DNA from: an uncultured bacterium
Lineage (GTDB): Bacteria > RBG-13-66-14 > B26-G2 > WVWN01
Length of the DNA: 49,687 nucleotides
Direction of reading: 5' to 3'
NCBI GenBank assembly: GCA_964631855.1
Contig: CAZWAM010000002.1
Coordinates: 50,603-100,289 of the forward strand
In this document: positions 33,862-42,753 of the stretch, piece by piece
How the letters are laid out: each line of letters opens with the position of its first letter
How positions within the stretch are numbered: position 1 is the first letter of the stretch
Notes under the pieces: generated by a model
Databases searched by the model: none
What the model saw: the letters and a program-made list of their open reading frames with translations, nothing else
What the model was told of the DNA's origin: nothing
Position numbers and translations under genes: made by a program

Positions 33862-34773
33862 ATGAGGATAGGCCGACGTGAGTTCTTCAGGAATTTAGGA
33901 ATCGCCGCCGGCACCGCGGTTCTCGTGGGGCGAGAGGCCTTGGCTGCGGAAGGGGTCGCGCTCGCCAAGACCGCCAAGGTAATCGTCTGTAAAGGCACCA
34001 ATTATAAAGCCCTCCTTACGCGGGCCTTCGCCAAAATCGGCGGCCTTAAAAAATTCGTCGCAAGCGGCGACCGCGTGCTCGTCAAGCCGAACATAGCCTG
34101 GGACCGTAAGCCGGAATACGCGGCGACTACGAACCCGCTCGTCGTGGCCGCGTTGGTTGAGCTTTGCTACGCCGCCGGCGCCCGCGAGGTCAAAGTCTAC
34201 GACAACCCGTGCGTTGATTGCCGTCGCAGTTACGCCTCGAGCGGCATCGCCGACGCCGCGCGCGACGCGGGCGCGAAGGTCTCCTACGTAGACACCGCGC
34301 TCAGCAAAACCGTCAAAATCCCCGGCGGCGTCGCGGTAAAGAGCGCGAAGATATACGCCGACGTCCTCGCCAACGACGTCATCGTCAACGTCCCCATTGC
34401 CAAGGACCACTCCCTCACGGGCCTTACGTTGGGTATGAAAAATTTAATGGGGATCCTGGTGGAGAACCGCGGCCGTTGGCATCAACAGATAAATAAAAAA
34501 CTCGTAGACCTGGCCCAGGTGATAAAGCCGACGCTCACTGTCGTCGACGCCACCCGCATCCTGATCGCCAACGGCCCCACGGGCGGCGACCTACGCTACG
34601 TGAAGCGACTCGACAAGATGATCGTAACCGAAGACGTCACCGCCGCGGACGCGTACGCGGCGACGCTCTTCGGCCTCGAGCCGACGGACGTCGGCGTCGT
34701 CAAGGAGGCCAAGCGGCGCGGCTTCGGCACCGCCGACCTCGGGCGCATGGCCGTATCCACAGTCAAAGTCTAG
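33862..34773 (+). CDS. DUF362 domain protein with twin-arginine (Tat) signal
   Basis: ATG 33862 gives MRIGRREFFRNLGIAAGTAVLVGREALA. The body has the typical DUF362 pattern (VLVKPNI...). Confidence 0.8.
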   Translation: MRIGRREFFRNLGIAAGTAVLVGREALAAEGVALAKTAKVIVCKGTNYKALLTRAFAKIGGLKKFVASGDRVLVKPNIAWDRKPEYAATTNPLVVAALVELCYAAGAREVKVYDNPCVDCRRSYASSGIADAARDAGAKVSYVDTALSKTVKIPGGVAVKSAKIYADVLANDVIVNVPIAKDHSLTGLTLGMKNLMGILVENRGRWHQQINKKLVDLAQVIKPTLTVVDATRILIANGPTGGDLRYVKRLDKMIVTEDVTAADAYAATLFGLEPTDVGVVKEAKRRGFGTADLGRMAVSTVKV

Positions 34774-34775
34774 TT

Positions 34776-36338
34776 ATGCCGCTCGGCGCCTGGAAATGGC
34801 TCCGCCGCTCGAGCCAGGTTACGTTCCTCGTCGCGGCGTGCGCGCTGGTCGTAGCGACGACTTATCCCCTCGAGCGAGACCTACCGTACGATATAATACC
34901 GCGCTTCTCGCCGCTCCTGGCCGTAACCGCGGTCGCGGCGAGCCGCACGATAATCGTGGCCTTCTGGCCGGCGCTTATCGTCGTCAGCCTTACGCTCCTG
35001 TTCGGCCGGGCGTTCTGCGGGTGGGTGTGCCCCGTCGGGACGGCGCTCGACGCCGGCGACTTTTTAATCGGTAAAGTATTTCGTAAACGCAAAAGGGAGG
35101 GGGAAACGGTCCGCCATCGCCGCTGGCGGACGCTGTTACTTATCGCCCTCGTCGTCTTCGCGGCATTCGGCATCCCGCTCGCCGGCTGGTTCGACCCGCT
35201 ATCGCTATTTCCCCGGACGCTGGCGGCCTCGATCGTCCCGTACGCCGCCTTGGCGCTGGATAAAACCACCTTGCTCTTTTATAAGGTACCCGCGTTTGAG
35301 GGCGCCGCGTTCGCTATAAGGCAACGCGTCGTTCCCGAAAACGTCACGCTCTTCCCGGGCCACCTACTTATCGCCGCGGTTTTCGCCGCCCTCGTCGTCC
35401 TCGGGCTGATACGCCGTCGTTTCTATTGCCGCTACGTATGCCCCACAGGCGCGCTCCTCGCCGTCGTCGGGTGGGCGTCGCCCTTCGGCCGGCGCGTCGC
35501 CGCCCAAGAATGTACCGAATGTAAACGGTGCAGGAACGTGTGCCGCACGGGCGCCATCGGCGGGTGCGGCGAGACGACGGCCCAGGCGGAGTGCAACCTG
35601 TGTATGGACTGTCTTACGCCGTGCCGTACGCAGGCGGTCTCCTTCGGCTTCGGCCGCAAAAGGGCCGCCGAGAACCCTACGACCTGGGCCCCGGCGATAA
35701 AGCGCCGCGATTTCCTCGTTACCGCCGGTGCAAGCCTGGCCGCCGCCCCCGCGCTTTTCGCCGTCGACCGCGGCATTACGCCGGACCTGTTTCTAATAAG
35801 GCCCCCCGGCGCGCGAGAGGAAGACGAATTCCTCGCTCGTTGCATACGGTGCGGCGAGTGCATCCGCGTATGTTTGACGCAGGGACTGGCGCCGGTACAC
35901 TTCGAGGCCGGCCTAACCGGCCTTTGGACGCCGCGACTCGTGCCTCGTGTCGGTTACTGCGAATACCTCTGCACCCTCTGCACGCAGGTCTGCCCGAGCG
36001 ACGCGCTCGAGCCGCTGAGCGAGGAACAGAAGAAAAAAGAAGTGATCGGCGTCGCGCTGATAGACCGCACCAGCTGCCTTCCCTGGGCCAAGGACGAAGA
36101 CTGCAACGTGTGCGAAGAGATGTGCCCTACGGCGCCGAAGGCCATCGAGCTTAGGGGCCGAGGCCGGCTGAAGCCCCACGTTCTCGCGGAGCTGTGCGTC
36201 GGGTGCGGCATTTGCGAATACGCCTGCCCGGTTGAAGGGCCGGCGGCGATCCGCGTCGTCGGCGACCCGACGCGCGTCCACGTAGCGAACAGCCAACGTG
36301 CCGCGAGACGCCGGTATCGGGGCGGCCGCGGCGGTTAA
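34776..36338 (+). CDS. Membrane polyferredoxin: NapH/MauN-like N-terminal half fused to a NapG/MauM-like multi-[4Fe-4S] C-terminal half
   Basis: FCGWVCPVGT and YCRYVCPTGA motifs within TM-rich N-terminal 230 aa. Then CxxCxxCxxxC-type clusters, an internal KRRDFLVTAGASLAAAPALFA, and LIRPPGA..EF...CIRCGECIRVC. Confidence 0.8.
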   Translation: MPLGAWKWLRRSSQVTFLVAACALVVATTYPLERDLPYDIIPRFSPLLAVTAVAASRTIIVAFWPALIVVSLTLLFGRAFCGWVCPVGTALDAGDFLIGKVFRKRKREGETVRHRRWRTLLLIALVVFAAFGIPLAGWFDPLSLFPRTLAASIVPYAALALDKTTLLFYKVPAFEGAAFAIRQRVVPENVTLFPGHLLIAAVFAALVVLGLIRRRFYCRYVCPTGALLAVVGWASPFGRRVAAQECTECKRCRNVCRTGAIGGCGETTAQAECNLCMDCLTPCRTQAVSFGFGRKRAAENPTTWAPAIKRRDFLVTAGASLAAAPALFAVDRGITPDLFLIRPPGAREEDEFLARCIRCGECIRVCLTQGLAPVHFEAGLTGLWTPRLVPRVGYCEYLCTLCTQVCPSDALEPLSEEQKKKEVIGVALIDRTSCLPWAKDEDCNVCEEMCPTAPKAIELRGRGRLKPHVLAELCVGCGICEYACPVEGPAAIRVVGDPTRVHVANSQRAARRRYRGGRGG

Positions 36339-36380
36339 TAATAAAATTAGCTAACCGAAACCTTCGGGGGTCGCGCGTAT

Positions 36381-36779
36381 ATGACGACGGAAAAGGAAAA
36401 CAACGTTTCCGCCAGGTTCGTCGTGCAGGAACACGACGCCCGGACCCACCACTACGACTTCCGCCTGGAATTGGACGGCGTCTTAAAGTCGTGGGCCGTA
36501 CCCAAGGGGATCTCCACCAAGCCGGGGGAAAGGCGCCTCGCCGTCGAGGTCGAGGACCACGACTTGGAATACGTAGACTTCGAGGGTGAAATCGAGGAGG
36601 GGCTCTACGGCGCGGGGACCGTTACCATCTGGGACCGCGGCCGCTACGAACTCGTCGACCGGAAGGCCCGCAAACTGGTCTTCAACCTATACGGCGGGAA
36701 ACTCAAGGGGTCCTACGTCTTAGTTCATACTAAAGAAAAGATGTGGCTTATTATGAAAATGAAAAAAGAGACGGGCTGA
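36381..36779 (+). CDS. Stand-alone LigD-type 3'-phosphoesterase (DNA ligase D N-terminal PE) domain protein
   Basis: RFVVQEHDARTHHYDFRLELDGVLKSWAVPKG...HDLEY..FEG.I......GAG.V.IWD.G.Y match the PE-domain signature. Confidence 0.8.
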   Translation: MTTEKENNVSARFVVQEHDARTHHYDFRLELDGVLKSWAVPKGISTKPGERRLAVEVEDHDLEYVDFEGEIEEGLYGAGTVTIWDRGRYELVDRKARKLVFNLYGGKLKGSYVLVHTKEKMWLIMKMKKETG

Positions 36780-36785
36780 CCGGCC

Positions 36786-38249
36786 TTACGGCTCGTCCAA
36801 AACTTTCGTAATCAACCCGTCAACTACCGTGGGGTTCGCCCGGCCGCCCGTCTTCTTCATAACGTACCCGACGAGCGCGCGGCGGGCTTTTTGTTTCCCG
36901 CCTCTAACATCTGCCACCGCTTTAGGGTTCGCGGCCACGGCCTCGCGGACCAGCTCCTCTATCGCCGCGGCGTCGGAAATTTGACCCAACCCTTTTGCTT
37001 TCATAATCGCGGCCGGCTCGCCCCCCTCGCTCAGCAACGCCGCGAGGACCTCGCGCGCCGCGGGCACGTTAGCCTCGCCCGCGTCGAGGAGCTCGAGCAA
37101 AGCCGCCAGCGCCGCGGGCGTTAACTTGCTCTCGCCGAGTTCCATTCGCCGCTCTTTTAGCTCCCGCGTGACGTCGCCCACGAGCCAGTTAACGACGGCG
37201 CGCCGCTCCCCCCCGTAAGCTGCCGAGGCCGCCTCCAAAAAATCGTAATATGCCGGCGTGAACGCCAGCATCTCGGCCTCCGCCAACGTCGTTTTATATC
37301 CCACAAGTAGTTCCCTAATAACAGCCGCGGGACGTGCGATCTCCTCAACCTCGGCCTCTATTTTTTTTATATAAGACGCCGGCATCGCGACGGGCGGCAA
37401 ATCCGGTTCCGCGAAATAGCGGTAATCCGCCCGCACCTCTTTGACGCGCGTCGGTACCGTACGACCCGTAGCGTCGTCGTAATGCAACGTAACGCGCGTC
37501 ACCTCTCCCCCGGCTTCGACTATCCCGACCTGACGTTCGAACTCGTACTCGAGCGCGGCCTCCATCGCCTTGAGCGAGTTAAGGTTCTTGATTTCAACCT
37601 GTTCGCCCAACGCCTCCCGGTCCTTCCTCTTGACCGAGATGTTGGTGTCGATGCGGAAGGCGCCCTTCTCGAGGTCGCAATCCGAAACTCCGGCTTCGAC
37701 AAGCATCCGCCTTAAAGCTACTACGTAACGCCGCGCCTGCGCCGACGAAGTAATCGCGGGTTTGGAGACGACCTCCATCAACGGTACGCCGGCGCGGTTG
37801 AAGTCAAGCAACGTCTCGTCCGCGCGGACGTACGCCTCGGCGTGAACCGCCTTCGCCGTATCCTCCTCGAGGTGTACCCGCTCGACTGGTATAACGCCGA
37901 AACCGTCCTCGCTCCAATATTCGACCTCGCCCTCGACGCCTACCGCGCCGAAATGCTGGCTTATCTGAAAACCTTTGGGCAGGTCGGGGTAAAAATAATT
38001 CTTGCGGTCGAAGGAGACAGCATCCGGAATTCGGCAATTAAGCGCCGAGGCGGCCTTAAGACCCAACTTTAACGCCTCGCGGTTCAAAACCGGCAACGAG
38101 CCCGGCAACCCCAAACAAACCGGGCACGTGAGCGTATTGGGGGGCGCGCCGAACTCGTTCGCGCAACCGCAAAACAACTTCGAACGGGTCTTGAGTTGAA
38201 CGTGGACCTCGAGGCCTATCGTCGCCTCTAATTCGCCGTTACCGCTCAC
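36786..38249 (-). CDS. gatB: Asp-tRNA(Asn)/Glu-tRNA(Gln) amidotransferase subunit B
   Basis: IGLEVHVQLKTRSKLFCGC, TCPVCLGLPGSLPVLN, NYFYPDLPKGFQISQ, and a C-terminal GatB/YqeY domain. Confidence 0.95.
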   Translation of the reverse strand: MSGNGELEATIGLEVHVQLKTRSKLFCGCANEFGAPPNTLTCPVCLGLPGSLPVLNREALKLGLKAASALNCRIPDAVSFDRKNYFYPDLPKGFQISQHFGAVGVEGEVEYWSEDGFGVIPVERVHLEEDTAKAVHAEAYVRADETLLDFNRAGVPLMEVVSKPAITSSAQARRYVVALRRMLVEAGVSDCDLEKGAFRIDTNISVKRKDREALGEQVEIKNLNSLKAMEAALEYEFERQVGIVEAGGEVTRVTLHYDDATGRTVPTRVKEVRADYRYFAEPDLPPVAMPASYIKKIEAEVEEIARPAAVIRELLVGYKTTLAEAEMLAFTPAYYDFLEAASAAYGGERRAVVNWLVGDVTRELKERRMELGESKLTPAALAALLELLDAGEANVPAAREVLAALLSEGGEPAAIMKAKGLGQISDAAAIEELVREAVAANPKAVADVRGGKQKARRALVGYVMKKTGGRANPTVVDGLITKVLDEP

Positions 38250-38251
38250 AG

Positions 38252-39532
38252 CTAAACGCCTTCATCCGCCGGGACGTAAGCTTCCAAACGCCGGGCGAGT
38301 TCCGCCGGCACGTCGGCGACGACGCGAACGCGGCCGTCGCGGTAATCGCGCGCGCGAACGCGCCCGCGCTCGTATACCTCCGCCAAAAGCGGCCCCGGTG
38401 CCAGCTCCGCCACCACGCGAACCCCTTCCCGAGCCAAAAGTTCGTCGAGCAACTCCAACAGGCGGTCGCAACCCTCCCCCGTGGCCGCCGATATCGCTAT
38501 CGGCCTTTCGAACCCGATTTCGCCGAAGCGGGCAACGTCGAAGCCGGGTGCGAGGTCGACCTTGTTGAACGCATCGACGCGTGGCTTTTCGCGAGCGCCG
38601 AGGTCGGCCAGAAGCTCCTCGACGACTTTCGCCCGCGCCTCCAAGTTTGCGGCGGTCACGTCGCGGACGACGATTATCAAATCGGCCACGCGGATCTCCT
38701 CCATCGTGGCCCGGAACGCGGCCACCAAGTCGGCGGGGAGGTTCGATATGAAACCGACGGTATCGGCGAGCAGGATTGCTCGAGCCGACGGCAGCCGGGC
38801 CCGCTTGACGAACGGGTCGAGGGTCGCGAACGGCACGTCCGCGGCGTAAGCGTCGGCGCCCGCGAGACGATTCAAAAGGGTCGTTTTCCCGGAATTGGTG
38901 TATCCCGCGATGGCAACCAACGGCAAAGAAGCCCGGCCCGCCCTCTCCAAAGATCGGCGCCGGGAGACGTCTTTGATCTTGCGCTTCAGCGTGGCGATCC
39001 TCTTCATTACCCGGCGACGGTCGATCTCGAGTTTCGTTTCGCCGGGGCCGCGGGTCCCGATGCCGCCCGCGGTCCGGCTCAGCTCGCCCCCCCAACCGCG
39101 CAACCGCGGCAGCTCGTACTCGAGCTGAGCCAATTCGACTTGCAAACGGCCCTCATTCGTACGCGCGCGTTGGGCGAATATGTCCAGGATCACGGCAGGC
39201 CGGTCCACCACGCGGACGTCCAGCTTCTCCTCCAAGTTACGTTGTTGCGCCGGCGTCAAGGGTTCGTCGAAGGCCACGAGGTTGGCCTCAGCCTCGCGGG
39301 CCTCGGCCGCGATCTCGCGCGCTTTGCCGCTCCCTACCAGAAGCGCGGGGTCGGGTTTAGTCCGCCGCTGGATGACGCCGCCGACGACCTCCGCTCCCGC
39401 GGCCCGTACCAAATTCTCCAACTCCGTCAGCGACTCTTCCGCGGTGAGCGCCGCGGCTTTACCCCAGTTTGCGCCCACCAGGTAAGCGCGCTCGGGCGCG
39501 AAGCGATCCGCGTCCTCGGGCCTAACGGGCAT
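38252..39532 (-). CDS. hflX: GTPase HflX
   Basis: HflX N-terminal domain (ILDIFAQRARTNEGRLQVELAQLEY) and the G domain GYTNSGKTTLLNRL, DTVGF, NKVD. Confidence 0.93.
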   Translation of the reverse strand: MPVRPEDADRFAPERAYLVGANWGKAAALTAEESLTELENLVRAAGAEVVGGVIQRRTKPDPALLVGSGKAREIAAEAREAEANLVAFDEPLTPAQQRNLEEKLDVRVVDRPAVILDIFAQRARTNEGRLQVELAQLEYELPRLRGWGGELSRTAGGIGTRGPGETKLEIDRRRVMKRIATLKRKIKDVSRRRSLERAGRASLPLVAIAGYTNSGKTTLLNRLAGADAYAADVPFATLDPFVKRARLPSARAILLADTVGFISNLPADLVAAFRATMEEIRVADLIIVVRDVTAANLEARAKVVEELLADLGAREKPRVDAFNKVDLAPGFDVARFGEIGFERPIAISAATGEGCDRLLELLDELLAREGVRVVAELAPGPLLAEVYERGRVRARDYRDGRVRVVADVPAELARRLEAYVPADEGV

Positions 39533-40385
39533 CGTCGCTCACCTCTTTTATCTCACGTAAATAGGCGGCAAGGCCTTCTTGCCAAGGCGGCATAATTTGA
39601 CCCGTCAAGCCGGTATAGCGCGAAATGTCGAGCACGGAATACAGCGGCCGGCGCGCGGGCGCGTCGAGGTCTCCCGCGGCGATCGCCTCCAACGGTACGC
39701 TTATGCCAGTCAACCGCAATAACTCCGCGGCGACGTCGTACCAACTCGCGTCGCGCGCCCCCGCGACGTGGACGACGCCGCGAAATTCAACGTCGAGCAA
39801 CTTGGCCAGCGCCGCCGCCAAGTGCCCGGCGTACGTCGGCGACCCGCGCTCGTCGTCAACTACGGCCAACGTTTCGCCCGCCTTGGCGCGCGTAAGAATT
39901 TTGGAAACGAAATTTACGCCGCCCACGCCGAAGAGCCACGCCGTCCGGACGACCAGGTGGTTGGACGTAACCGCGGCCACGCGTCTTTCCCCCTCGAGCT
40001 TACTTTCGCCGTAAGCCGAGAGCGGCGCCGTTTTCGCGTCCTCGGCATAGGGGGCCCGCGACGTCCCGTCGAACACGTAATCGGTACTGAGTTGAATAAG
40101 GCGGGCGCCTACGTCTGCCGCCGCGCCGGCAACGTTCTCGGCACCCCGGGCGTTAACGGCGAAACATAACTCCTTGTGGCTCTCGCAATCGTCGACGCCC
40201 GTAAAGGCGGCGCAATTAACGACGGCCGTCGGACCCTCGCGCGTTACGACGGCGCGCACGCGGCCCGCGTCGGTAACGTCCATCTGGGCGACGTCGACGC
40301 CCACGACGTCGACCTTACGCCGCACGAGCTCGAGCATGAGCGCCCGCCCCAGGATGCCGAGATGCCCGGTTACCAAAACTTTCAT
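39522..40385 (-). CDS. rfbD: dTDP-4-dehydrorhamnose reductase
   Basis: ATG 40385 gives MKVLVTGHLGILG. The STDYVFDG motif is present. The longer track ORF would overlap rfbB. Confidence 0.9.
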   Translation of the reverse strand: MKVLVTGHLGILGRALMLELVRRKVDVVGVDVAQMDVTDAGRVRAVVTREGPTAVVNCAAFTGVDDCESHKELCFAVNARGAENVAGAAADVGARLIQLSTDYVFDGTSRAPYAEDAKTAPLSAYGESKLEGERRVAAVTSNHLVVRTAWLFGVGGVNFVSKILTRAKAGETLAVVDDERGSPTYAGHLAAALAKLLDVEFRGVVHVAGARDASWYDVAAELLRLTGISVPLEAIAAGDLDAPARRPLYSVLDISRYTGLTGQIMPPWQEGLAAYLREIKEVSDDAR

Positions 40386-40389
40386 ACCG

Positions 40390-41391
40390 CTACCGGTCGC
40401 CGTATTGTCGTCGATAGTAGTCCTCAAAGGCCGCGTCCTTCAACGGCCGCCACCAATCCTCGTTCTCAACGTACCAGGTCACGGTCGCCTCCAGGCCCGC
40501 GTCGAACGGCGTAGCCGGCTTCCAACCCAGCGCCTTGATTCGCTCGCAACTCAGCGCGTAGCGCCGGTCGTGGGCCGGCCGGTCTTTTACGTACGTTATC
40601 AACTCTTCGGACTTGCCGACGATTTTCAAAATGCGCCGCGTGACGTCGACGTTTTCGAGCTCGCAGTCGCCGCCGACATTGTAAACTCGCCCGGCCTCGC
40701 CCCTCTCCAGCAAAAGCGCGAGCGCCTCACAATTGTCCAACACGTACAGCCAATCGCGGACCTGGCGCCCGTCGCCGTAGACCGGCAACGGTCGGTCCTC
40801 GAGGGCGTTCGTGATGAAAAGGGGAACGAGCTTTTCGGGATATTGATACGGGCCGTAGTTATTGCTCGAGCGCGCCACCAACAACGGCAACTCGAAGGTC
40901 CTGGCGTACGCGAGCGCGAGGAAGTCGCCGCCGGCCTTGGACGCTGAATACGGGCTCGAGGGATTGAGCGCCGCGAGCTCGTCGAACGCCCCTTCCTCGA
41001 TAGAGCCGTATACCTCGTCCGTCGAAACCTGTACGAAACGCTCTACCCCCACGTCGCGCGCGACCTCGAGGAGCGTAAAAGTTCCCACGACGTCGGTCAA
41101 TACGAATTCCTTCGGGAAGAGGATGGACCTGTCGACGTGCGTCTCTGCGGCGAAGTTTATTACCGCGTCGCAACCTTCGACCGCGCGGCGGACCGTCTCC
41201 TCGTCGGCGATGTCGCCCCTTATAAACGTAAAACGCGGGTCGTATTTGACGGCGTTGAGGTTGGCGAGGTTGCCCGCGTACGTCAGCTTATCGAGCACCA
41301 CCACTTCGGCCTCGCGCCACTGCTCGAGGACGTACGACACGAAGTTCGAGCCGATAAAGCCGGCGCCGCCGGTTACGAGTATTTTATTCAT
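40390..41391 (-). CDS. rfbB: dTDP-glucose 4,6-dehydratase
   Basis: ILVTGGAGFIGSNFV, FAAETHVDRS, STDEVYG, PYSASKA. Confidence 0.95.
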   Translation of the reverse strand: MNKILVTGGAGFIGSNFVSYVLEQWREAEVVVLDKLTYAGNLANLNAVKYDPRFTFIRGDIADEETVRRAVEGCDAVINFAAETHVDRSILFPKEFVLTDVVGTFTLLEVARDVGVERFVQVSTDEVYGSIEEGAFDELAALNPSSPYSASKAGGDFLALAYARTFELPLLVARSSNNYGPYQYPEKLVPLFITNALEDRPLPVYGDGRQVRDWLYVLDNCEALALLLERGEAGRVYNVGGDCELENVDVTRRILKIVGKSEELITYVKDRPAHDRRYALSCERIKALGWKPATPFDAGLEATVTWYVENEDWWRPLKDAAFEDYYRRQYGDR

Positions 41392-41394
41392 AAA

Positions 41395-41913
41395 TTATTT
41401 ACCCCCGGCCTCGCCGCCGGCCCACATGCCGCGGCCGCCCCGCCGCGCCTCCTCTTCGGCCCGCCGGAACGCCCGGGCGAATTCCGTATTGGGCGGAACC
41501 TCCAACGCCGTCGCCCATCCCGCCCGCACGAGCTCCTCGTTCACGAAGACCGTTCTTCCGGCGTCGGTACGTACGTAGACGTACGCCAACGTCCGGCCGT
41601 AGCGGTCGTCCCGGTCGCGGCCGAACCTCAGCGATAGTTCTCCCTGCGACAGGAGTTCCGCGTTAAAACGCCGCGCCTCGCCGTAAAAGGGCTCGCCTCG
41701 TTCCGGCGCGTCTACGCCGATATACCGGACGGGCCCTACGCTCGCCAGTCTGATCGTGTCCCCGTCGACCACGTGATACCCTTTCGCACCCCCCGCGGAA
41801 CCCCACCAACGCAGCTCGCGGCCGCTCCGCGAAACCGCCATAGCCACCGCGACCAAAACCGCGGCCGCGGTAACGAGCGCCGCGAATAGTTTTTTTCTAG
41901 AAGAGCGCCGCAT
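41395..41913 (-). CDS. Membrane-anchored thermonuclease (SNase-like) family protein
   Basis: N-terminal TM segment. VVDGDTIRL...VRYIGVDAPE...YGRTLAYVY is typical of staphylococcal-nuclease homologues. Confidence 0.8.
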   Translation of the reverse strand: MRRSSRKKLFAALVTAAAVLVAVAMAVSRSGRELRWWGSAGGAKGYHVVDGDTIRLASVGPVRYIGVDAPERGEPFYGEARRFNAELLSQGELSLRFGRDRDDRYGRTLAYVYVRTDAGRTVFVNEELVRAGWATALEVPPNTEFARAFRRAEEEARRGGRGMWAGGEAGGK

Positions 41914-42715
41914 CCCCCGGCGGTTGGAACGCCACCCCCAACATATCCATCATCATCTCCGCGTTGGTTACGGCCTGCCCTAGCGGATGGTTATTCATAA
42001 ATACGTACGCCTTTTGCGTTTTGGCCGCGACGTCGCGGATGCGCGGCACCCAGTCCGCCAATTCCTCTTGCGAGTATAAATAATCGTAGCGTTCGGCCGC
42101 CTTCTCGTGCCGCCACCATTTCTTGGCGTTGCGGCCGTGAAAGCGGAAGTAACCCGTGTCCGAAGTCGCCACCGCCGTCGCCGGCATAAGGCCCTTCAAC
42201 CGCGGCTCGTCGACGTTGCAAAAGCCGATCTTAATCTTTGCCAATTTATCGTACGCGTCGTCGGCCGCCCACGAGTCGTTACGAAACTCCGCGACGACGT
42301 TCAAGTCGCCGAAGCAACCGGCGACCTTCTTTAGAAATTCGATCGCGGCGGGCGCGAATTTAAAACGCCACGGGAACTGCGCGAGCAGACATCCCAGAAC
42401 GCCCGCGTCCACCATCGGCTCGACGCCGCGCCGAAAATCGCGGGCCAGCTCGTCCGTAAGTTTGCCCTCGTGCGTCACGTCGCCCGTCAGCTTTACGGCG
42501 TACGCGAGCCAGGACGCCTTCTTCACGATTGCAGCTATCGTGCGCGCAACCGGGAGCCGGTAATAGGTGAAATTGATCTCTACGGCGGGAAAACGACGCG
42601 CGTAGAAGGCCAGCATGTCGCGGTCTTTGACGTCCGCGGGGTAAACCGGGCCCTTCCAATCCTGGTAGGAATACCCCGACGTTCCTACTAATATGTTCGA
42701 CTTATTCTCGGCCAA
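41897..42715 (-). CDS. DUF72 family protein
   Basis: VGTSGYSYQDWKGPVYP, INFTYYR, EFRN.SW, FRFHGRN are DUF72 hallmarks. Confidence 0.85.
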   Translation of the reverse strand: MAENKSNILVGTSGYSYQDWKGPVYPADVKDRDMLAFYARRFPAVEINFTYYRLPVARTIAAIVKKASWLAYAVKLTGDVTHEGKLTDELARDFRRGVEPMVDAGVLGCLLAQFPWRFKFAPAAIEFLKKVAGCFGDLNVVAEFRNDSWAADDAYDKLAKIKIGFCNVDEPRLKGLMPATAVATSDTGYFRFHGRNAKKWWRHEKAAERYDYLYSQEELADWVPRIRDVAAKTQKAYVFMNNHPLGQAVTNAEMMMDMLGVAFQPPGDAALF

Positions 42716-42753
42716 CTATATCGAATGCGCCTCAGCGACTGTGAACTTCCATC

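Noticed and set aside
38262-39095. 277-aa Arg/Gly/Pro-rich ORF within hflX; similar shadow ORFs at 40174..40947, 40862..41578 and 45021..45845
   Set aside because: These are shadow frames of hflX, rfbB and the Memo-like gene, with low-complexity Arg-rich translations.
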